DNA from: Auanema rhodensis
Taxonomy: Eukaryota > Animalia > Nematoda
Direction: 5' to 3'
NCBI GenBank assembly: GCA_964057225.1
Contig: OZ059894.1
Location: 18,166,001 to 18,230,000, forward strand
Length of the DNA: 64,000 nt
Part shown: positions 1 to 9,407 of the stretch, piece by piece
How positions within the stretch are numbered: the first letter of the stretch is position 1
Layout of the letters: each line of letters opens with the position of its first letter
The notes under the pieces: generated by a model
Databases searched by the model: none
What the model saw: only the letters and a program-made list of their open reading frames with translations
What the model was told of the DNA's origin: nothing
Translations under genes and position numbers: made by a program

Positions 1-3
1 AGC

Positions 4-179
4 GAGTTACATACCATGTGTAAATCACGTGTACATTTAATTAGCATAAATTAAAGTTCACGTAAATTTCAAAGTCATGGTTACCATGCACCTATATCAA
101 TAAAAATTTGTTTTCAGTCTAATATGGAAATGGGGAATCTAATTTTGAAAACCGCATCTCTTTATCTTTTACGGGAAGC
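4..179 (+). repeat. Representative 176-bp (long) monomer
   Basis: GAGTTAC at 4 and 180. The monomer ends in GAAAACCGCATCTCTTTATCTTTTACGGGAAGC. Confidence 0.98.
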
Positions 180-345
180 GAGTTACATACCATGTGCACA
201 TCACGTGTACATTTAATTAGCATAAATTAAAGTTCACGTAAATTTTAAAGTCATGGTTACCATGCACCAGTATCAATGAAAATTTGTTTTTGGACTAATA
301 TGGCCATCGGGAATTTAATTTTGAAAACGGCATCTCTTCATCTTT
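180..345 (+). repeat. Representative 166-bp (short) monomer
   Basis: GAGTTAC at 180 and 346. The monomer ends in GAAAACGGCATCTCTTCATCTTT and lacks the 10 nt TACGGGAAGC of the long form. Confidence 0.98.
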
Positions 346-2603
346 GAGTTACATACCATGTGTACATCACGTGTACATTTAATTAGCATAAATTAAAGTG
401 CACGTAAATTTCAAAGTCATGGTTACCATGCACCTATATCAATGAAAATTTGTTTTCGGACTAATATGGCCATGGGGAATCTAATTTTGAAAACCGCATC
501 TCTTTATCTTTTACGGAAAGCGAGTTACATACCATGTGCCCATCACGTGTACATTTAATTAGCATAAATTAAAGTTCACGTAAATTTTAAAGTCATGGTT
601 ACCATGCACCAATATCCATAAAAATTTGTTTTTAGACTAATATAGACATGGGGAATCTTACTTTGAAAACCGCTTCTTTTTATCTTTCACGGGAAGCGAG
701 TTACATACCATGTGCCCATCACGTGTACATTTAATTAGCATAAATTAAAGTTCACGTAAATTTTAAAGTCATGGTTACCATGCACCAATATCCATAAAAT
801 ATTGTTTTTAGACTAATATGGACATGGGGAATCTAATTTTGAAAACCGCATCTCTTTATCTTTCACGGGAAGCGAGTTACATATCATGTGCACATCACGT
901 GTACATTTAATTAGCATAAATTAAAGTTCACGTAAATTTCAAAGTCATGGTTACCATGCACCTATATCAATAAAAATTTGTTTTCAGTCTAATATGGAAA
1001 TGGGGAATCTGATTTTGAAAACCGCATATCTTTATCTTTTACGGGAAACGAGTTACATATCATGTGTACATCACGTGTACATTTAATTAGCATAAATTAA
1101 AGTTCACGTAAATTTCAAAGTCATGGTTACCATGCGCCTATATCAATAAAAATTTGTTTTTGAACTAATATGGCCATAGGGAATTTAATTTTGAAAACGG
1201 CATCTCTTCATCTTTGAGTTACATACCATGTGTACATCACGTGTACATTTAATTAGCATAAATTAAAGTTCACGTAAATTTTAAAGTCATGGTTACCATG
1301 CACCAATATCCATAAAAATTTGTTTTTAGACTAATATGGAAATGGGGAATCTAATTTTGAAAACTGCATCTCTTTATCTTTTACGGGAAGCGAGTTACAT
1401 ACCATGTGCACATCACGTGTACATTTAATTAGCATAAATTAAAGTTCACGTAAATTTCAAAGTCATGGTTACCATGCACCAGTATCAATGAAAATTTGTT
1501 TTTGGACTAATATGGCCATCGGGAATTTAATTTTGAAAACGGCATCTCTTCATCTTTGAGTTACATACCATGTGTACATCACGTGTACATTTAATTAGCA
1601 TAAATTAAAGTTCACGTAAATTTTAAAGTCATGGTTACCATGCACCAATATCCATAAAAATTTGTTTTTAGACTAATATGGAAATGGGGAATCTAATTTT
1701 GAAAACCGCATCTCTTTATCTTTTACGGGAAGCGAGTTACATACCATGTGCACATCACGTGTACATTTAATTAGCATAAATTAAAGTTCACGTAAATTTC
1801 AAAGTCATGGTTACCATGCACCAGTATCAATGAAAATTTGTTTTTGGACTAAAATGGCCATCGGGAATTTAATTTTGAAAACGGCATCTCTTCATCTTTG
1901 AGTTACATACCATGTGTACATCACGTGTACATTTAATTAGCATAAATTAAAGTTCACGTAAATTTTAAAGTCATGGTTACCATGCACCAATATCCATAAA
2001 AATTTGTTTTTAGACTAATATGGAAATGGGGAATCTAATTTTGAAAACCGCATCTCTTTATCTTTTACGGGAAGCGAGTTACATACCATGTGCACATCAC
2101 GTGTACATTTAATTAGCATAAATTAAAGTTCACGTAAATTTTAAAGTCATGGATACCATGCACCAATATCCATAAAAATTTGTTTTTAGACTAATATGGA
2201 CATGGGGAATCTAACTTTGAAAACCGCATCTCTTTATCTTTCACGGGAAGCGAGTTACATACCATGTGCCCATCACGTGTACATTTAATTAGCATAAATT
2301 AAAGTTCACGTAAATTTTAAAGTCATGGTTACCATGCACTAATATCCATAAAAATTTGTTTTTAGACTAATATGGACATGGGGAATCTAACTTTGAAAAC
2401 CGCATCTCTTTATCTTTCACGGGAAGCGAGTTACATATCATGTGCACATCACGTGTACATTTATTTAGCATAAATTAAAGTTCACGTAAATTTCAAAGTC
2501 ATGGTTACCATGCACCTATATCAATAAAAATTTGTTTTCAGTCTAATATGGAAATGGGGAATCTAATTTTGAAAACCGCATCTCTTTATCTTTTACGGGA
2601 AGC

Positions 2604-2727
2604 GAGTTACATACCATGTGCACATCACGTGTACATTTAATTAGCATAAATTAAAGTTCACGTAAATTTCAAACCAAAAAACAAATCTAATTTTGAAAAC
2701 CGCATCTCTTTATCTTTTACCGGAAAC
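2604..2727 (+). repeat. 124-bp deletion monomer (62 bp deleted, 10 bp CCAAAAAACA inserted)
   Basis: Junction TTTCAAA-CCAAAAAACA-AATCTAATTTTG at 2674-2683. The same junction occurs at 4704, at 5180 and, reverse-complemented, at 6946-6955. Confidence 0.93.
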
Positions 2728-5248
2728 GAGTTACATACCATGTGTAAATCACGTGTACATTTAATTAGCATAAATTAAAGTTCACGTAAATTTCAAAGTC
2801 ATGGTTACCATGCACCTATATCAATAAAAATGTGTTTTCAGTCTAATATGGAAATGGGGAATCTAATTTTGAAAACCGCATCTCTTTATCTTTCACGGGA
2901 AGCGAGTTACATACCATGTGCACATCACGTGTACATTTAATTAGCATAAATTAAAGTTCACGTAAATTTCAAAGTCATGGTTACCATGCACCAGTATCAA
3001 TGAAAATTTGTTTTTGGACTAATATGGCCATAGGGAATTTAATTTTGAAAACGGCATCTCTTCATCTTTGAGTTACATACCATGTGTACATCACGTGTAC
3101 ATTTAATTAGCATAAATTAAAGTTCACGTAAATTTTAAAGTCATGGTTACCATGCACCAATATCCATAAAAATTTGTTTTTAGACTAATATGGAAATGGG
3201 GAATCTAATTTTGAAAACTGCATCTCTTTATCTTTTACGGGAAGCGAGTTACATACCATGTGCACATCACGTGTACATTTAATTAGCATAAATTAAAGTT
3301 CACGTAAATTTCAAAGTCATGGTTACCATGCACCAGTATCAATGAAAATTTGTTTTTGGACTAATATGGCCATCGGGAATTTAATTTTGAAAACGGCATC
3401 TCTTCATCTTTGAGTTACATACCATGTGTACATCACGTGTACATTTAATTAGCATAAATTAAAGTTCACGTAAATTTTAAAGTCATGGTTACCATGCACC
3501 AATATCCATAAAAATTTGTTTTTAGACTAATATGGAAATGGGGAATCTAATTTTGAAAACCGCATCTCTTTATCTTTTACGGGAAGCGAGTTACATACCA
3601 TGTGCACATCACGTGTACATTTAATTAGCATAAATTAAAGTTCACGTAAATTTCAAAGTCATGGTTACCATGCACCTATATCAATAAAAATGTGTTTTCA
3701 GTCTAATATGGAAATGGGGAATCTAATTTTGAAAACCGCATCTCTTTATCTTTTACGGGAAGCGAGTTACATACCATGTGCACATCACGTGTACATTTAA
3801 TTAGCATAAATTAAAGTTCACGTAAATTTCAAAGTCATGGTTACCATGCACCAGTATCAATGAAAATTTGTTTTTGGACTGATATGGCCATCGGGAATTT
3901 AATTTTGAAAACGGCATCTCTTCATCTTTGAGTTACATACCATGTGTACATCACGTGTACATTTAATTAGCATAAATTAAAGTTCACGTAAATTTTAAAG
4001 TCATGGTTACCATGCACCAATATCCATAAAAATTTGTTTTTAGACTAATATGGAAATGGGGAATCTAATTTTGAAAACTGCATCTCTTTATCTTTTACGG
4101 GAAGCGAGTTACATACCATGTGCACATCACGTGTACATTTAATTAGCATAAATTAAAGTTCACGTAAATTTCAAAGTCATGGTTACCTTGCACCAGTATC
4201 AATGAAAATTTGTTTTCGGACTAATATGGCCATGGGGAATCTAATTTTGAAAACCGCATCTCTTTATCTTTTACGGAAAGCGAGTTACATACCATGTGCC
4301 CATCACGTGTACATTTAATTAGCATAAATTAAAGTTCACGTAAATTTTAAAGTCATGGATACCATGCACCAATATCCATAAAAATTTGTTTTTAGACTAA
4401 TATGGACATGGGGAATCTAACTTTGAAAACCGCATCTCTTTGTCTTTCACGGGAAGCGAGTTACATACCATGTGCCCATCACGTGTACATTTAATTAGCA
4501 TAAATTAAAGTTCACGTAAATTTTAAAGTCATGGTTACCATGCACCAATATCCATAAAAATTTGTTTTCAGTCTAATATGGAAATGGGGAATCTAATTTT
4601 GAAAACCGCATCTCTTTATCTTTTACGGGAAGCGAGTTACATACCATGTGCACATCACGTGTACATTTAATTAGCATAAATTAAAGTTCACGTAAATTTC
4701 AAACCAAAAAACAAATCTAATTTTGAAAACCGCATCTCTTTATCTTTTACCGGAAACGAGTTACAAATCATGTGTACATCACGTGTACATTTAATTAGCA
4801 TAAATTAAAGTTCACGTAAATTTTAAAGTCATGGTTACCATGCACCAATATCCATAAAAATTTGTTTTTAGACTAATATGGAAATGGGGAATCTAATTTT
4901 GAAAACCGCATCTCTTTATCTTTTACGGGAAGCGAGTTACATACCATGTGCACATCACGTGTACATTTAATTAGCATAAATTAAAGTTCACGTAAATTTT
5001 AAAGTCATGGTTACCATGCACCAATATCCATAAAAATTTGTTTTTAGTCTAATATGGAAATGGGGAATCTAATTTTGAAAACCGCATCTCTTTATCTTTT
5101 ACGGGAAGCGAGTTACATACCATGTGCACATCACGTGTACATTTAATTAGCATAAATTAAAGTTCACGTAAATTTCAAACCAAAAAACAAATCTAATTTT
5201 GAAAACCGCATCTCTTTATCTTCAAAATTAAAATTAGATTTGTGTTTA

Positions 5249-7998
5249 TATGGATATTGGTGCATGGTATCCATGACTTTAAAATTTACGTGAACTTTAA
5301 TTTATGCTAATTAAATGTACACGTGATGGGCACATGGTATGTAACTCGCTTTCCGTAAAAGATAAAGAGATGCGGTTTTCAAAATTAGATTCCCCATGGC
5401 CATATTAGTCCGAAAACAAATTTTCATTGATACTGGTGCAAGGTAACCATGACTTTGAAATTTACGTGAACTTTAATTTATGCTAATTAAATGTACACGT
5501 GATGTGCACATGGTATGTAACTCGCTTCCCGTAAAAGATAAAGAGATGCGGTTTTCAAAATTAGATTCCCCATTTCCATATTAGTCTAAAAACAAATTTT
5601 TATGGATATTGGTGCATGGTAACCATGACTTTAAAATTTACGTGAACTTTAATTTATGCTAATTAAATGTACACGTGATGTACACATGGTATGTAACTCA
5701 AAGATGAAGAGATGCCGTTTTCAAAATTAAATTCCCGATGGCCATATCAGTCCAAAAACAAATTTTCATTGATACTGGTGCATGGTAACCATGACTTTGA
5801 AATTTACGTGAACTTTAATTTATGCTAATTAAATGTACACGTGATGTGCACATGGTATGTAACTCGCTTCCCGTAAAAGATAAAGAGATGCGGTTTTCAA
5901 AATTAGATTCCCCATTTCCATATTAGACTGAAAACACATTTTTATTGATATAGGTGCATGGTAACCATGACTTTGAAATTTACGTGAACTTTAATTTATG
6001 CTAATTAAATGTACACGTGATGTGCACATGGTATGTAACTCGCTTCCCGTAAAAGATAAAGAGATGCGGTTTTCAAAATTAGATTCCCCATTTCCATATT
6101 AGTCTAAAAACAAATTTTTATGGATATTGGTGCATGGTAACCATGACTTTAAAATTTACGTGAACTTTAATTTATGCTAATTAAATGTACACGTGATGTA
6201 CACATGGTATGTAACTCAAAGATGAAGAGATGCCGTTTTCAAAATTAAATTCCCGATGGCCATATTAGTCCAAAAACAAATTTTCATTGATACTGGTGCA
6301 TGGTAACCATGACTTTGAAATTTACGTGAACTTTAATTTATGCTAATTAAATGTACACGTGATGTGCACATGGTATGTAACTCGCTTCCCGTAAAAGATA
6401 AAGAGATGCAGTTTTCAAAATTAGATTCCCCATTTCCATATTAGTCTAAAAACAAATTTTTATGGATATTGGTGCATGGTAACCATGACTTTAAAATTTA
6501 CGTGAACTTTAATTTATGCTAATTAAATGTACACGTGATGTACACATGGTATGTAACTCAAAGATGAAGAGATGCCGTTTTCAAAATTAAATTCCCTATG
6601 GCCATATTAGTCCAAAAACAAATTTTCATTGATACTGGTGCATGGTAACCATGGCTTTGAAATTTACGTGAACTTTAATTTATGCTAATTAAATGTACAC
6701 GTGATGTGCACATGGTATGTAACTCGCTTCCCGTAAAAGATAAAGAGATGCGGTTTTCAAAATTAGATTCCCCATTTCCATATTAGACTGAAAACACATT
6801 TTTATTGATATAGGTGCATGGTAACCATGACTTTGAAATTTACGTGAACTTTAATTTATGCTAATTAAATGTACACGTGATTTACACATGGTATGTAACT
6901 CGTTTCCGGTAAAAGATAAAGAGATGCGGTTTTCAAAATTAGATTTGTTTTTTGGTTTGAAATTTACGTGAACTTTAATTTATGCTAATTAAATGTACAC
7001 GTGATGTGCACATGGTATGTAACTCGCTTCCCGTAAAAGATAAAGAGATGCGGTTTTCAAAATTAGATTCCCCATTTCCATATTAGACTGAAAACAAATT
7101 TTTATTGATATAGGTGCATGGTAACCATGACTTTGAAATTTACGTGAACTTTAATTTATGCTAAATAAATGTACACGTGATGTGCACATGATATGTAACT
7201 CGCTTCCCGTGAAAGATAAAGAGATGCGGTTTTCAAAGTTAGATTCCCCATGTCCATATTAGTCTAAAAACAAATTTTTATGGATATTAGTGCATGGTAA
7301 CCATGACTTTAAAATTTACGTGAACTTTAATTTATGCTAATTAAATGTACACGTGATGGGCACATGGTATGTAACTCGCTTCCCGTGAAAGATAAAGAGA
7401 TGCGGTTTTCAAAGTTAGATTCCCCATGTCCATATTAGTCTAAAAACAAATTTTTATGGATATTGGTGCATGGTATCCATGACTTTAAAATTTACGTGAA
7501 CTTTAATTTATGCTAATTAAATGTACACGTGATGGGCACATGGTATGTAACTCGCTTTCCGTAAAAGATAAAGAGATGCGGTTTTCAAAATTAGATTCCC
7601 CATGGCCATATTAGTCCGAAAACAAATTTTCATTGATACTGGTGCAAGGTAACCATGACTTTGAAATTTACGTGAACTTTAATTTATGCTAATTAAATGT
7701 ACACGTGATGTGCACATGGTATGTAACTCGCTTCCCGTAAAAGATAAAGAGATGCGGTTTTCAAAATTAGATTCCCCATTTCCATATTAGTCTAAAAACA
7801 AATTTTTATGGATATTGGTGCATGGTAACCATGACTTTAAAATTTACGTGAACTTTAATTTATGCTAATTAAATGTACACGTGATGTACACATGGTATGT
7901 AACTCAAAGATGAAGAGATGCCGTTTTCAAAATTAAATTCCCGATGGCCATATTAGTCCAAAAACAAATTTTCATTGATACTGGTGCATGGTAACCAT
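5249..7998 (-). repeat. Inverted satellite block 1 (subfamily A)
   Basis: Reverse-complement monomers (GTAACTC, CATGGTAACCATG, TTTATGCTAATTAAAT) from 5249 to 7998. Confidence 0.96.
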
Positions 7999-8162
7999 AA
8001 TATCCATAAAAATTTGTTTTTAGACTAATATGGAAATGGGGAATCTAATTTTGAAAACCGCATCTCTTTATCTTTTACGGGAAGCGAGTTACATACCATG
8101 TGCACATCACGTGTACATTTAATTAGCATAAATTAAAGTTCACGTAAATTTCAAAGTCATGG
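7999..8162 (+). repeat. 164-bp forward near-monomer island between two inverted blocks
   Basis: Starts AATATCCATAAAAATTTG at 7999 and ends AAAGTCATGG at 8162. It equals a 176-bp monomer minus TTACCATGCACC. Confidence 0.93.
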
Positions 8163-9387
8163 AATTAGATTCCCTATGGCCATATTAGTCCAAAAACAAA
8201 TTTTCATTGATACTGGTGCATGGTAACCATGACTTTTAAATTTACGTGAACTTTAATTTATGCTAATTAAATGTACACGTGATGTGCACATGATATGTAA
8301 CTCGCTTCCCGTAAAAGATAAAGAGATGCGGTTTTCAAAATTAGATTCTCCATTTCCATATTAGACTGAAAACAAATTTTTATTGATATAGGTGCATGGT
8401 AACCATGACTTTTAAATTTACGTGAACTTTAATTTATGCTAATTTAATGTACACGTGATGTACACATGGTATGTAACTCAAAGATGAAGAGATGCCGTTT
8501 TCAAAATTAGATTCCCTATGGCCATATTAGTCCAAAAACAAATTTTCATTGATACTGGTGCATGGTAACCATGACTTTGAAATTTACGTGAACTTTAATT
8601 TATGCTAATTAAATGTACACGTGATGAACACATGATATGTAACTCGTTTCCCGTTCAAGATAAAGATATGCGGTTTTCAAAATTAGATTCCCCATGTCCA
8701 TATTAGTCTAAAAACAAATTTTTATGGATATTGGTGCATGGTAACCATGACTTTAAAATTTACTTGAACTTTAATTTATGCTAATTAAATGTACACGTGA
8801 TGTGCACATGGTATGTAACTCGCTTTCCGTAAAAGATAAAGAGATGGGGTTTTCAAAATTAGATTCCCTATGGCCATATTAGTCCAAAAACAAATTTTCA
8901 TTGATATAGGTGCATGGTAACCATGACTTTTAAATTTACGTGAACTTTAATTTATGCTAATTTAATGTACACGTGATGTACACATGGTATGTAACTCAAA
9001 GATGAAGAGATGCCGTTTTCAAAATTAGATTCCCTATGGCCATATTAGTCCAAAAACAAATTTTCATTGATACTGGTGCATGGTAACCATGACTTTGAAA
9101 TTTACGTAAACTTTAATTTATGCTAATTAAATGTACACGTGATGTGCACATGGTATGTAATTCAAAGATGAAGAGATGCCGTTTTCAAAATTAGATTCCC
9201 TATGGCCATATTAGTCCAAAAACAAATTTTCATTGATACTGGTGCAAGGTAACCATGACTTTGAAATTTACGTGAACTTTAATTTATGCTAATTAAATGT
9301 ACACGTGATGTACACATGGTATGTAACTCAAAGATGAAGAGATGCCGTTTTCAAAATTAGATTCCCCATGGCCATATTAGACTGAAA
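8163..9387 (-). repeat. Inverted satellite block 2 (subfamily B)
   Basis: Reverse-complement monomers from AATTAGATTCCCTATGG (8163) to AGACTGAAA (9387). Confidence 0.95.
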
Positions 9388-9407
9388 TTTCAAAAACGTA
9401 AATTTAA

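Larger units (their letters stand above)
1..5222 (+). repeat. Forward-orientation satellite block (subfamily A)
   Basis: Head-to-tail monomers with diagnostic variants GGCCATCGGGAATTTAA, CTAACTTTG and GGATACCATG. Confidence 0.95.

Noticed and set aside
160-176. CENP-B-box-like CTTTATCTTTTACGGGA, whose CGGG is removed by the 10-bp deletion
   Set aside because: Only 6 of the 9 essential positions of NTTCGNNNNANNCGGGN match. The first CG and the central A are missing, and many long monomers read CGGA.
202-231. Promoter or enhancer call from E-box, TAAT and octamer-like motifs
   Set aside because: These are short motifs in AT-rich repeat DNA with no linked gene. They are reported only as part of the conserved-core finding.
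1-345. Assignment to a named satellite of similar length (Brassica CentBr, Arabidopsis CEN178, primate alpha satellite, honeybee AluI, beetle satellites)
   Set aside because: Only the length is similar and I do not recognise the sequence. The consensus lacks AGCT/AAGCTT sites. A BLAST or Dfam/Repbase search of the consensus is needed.
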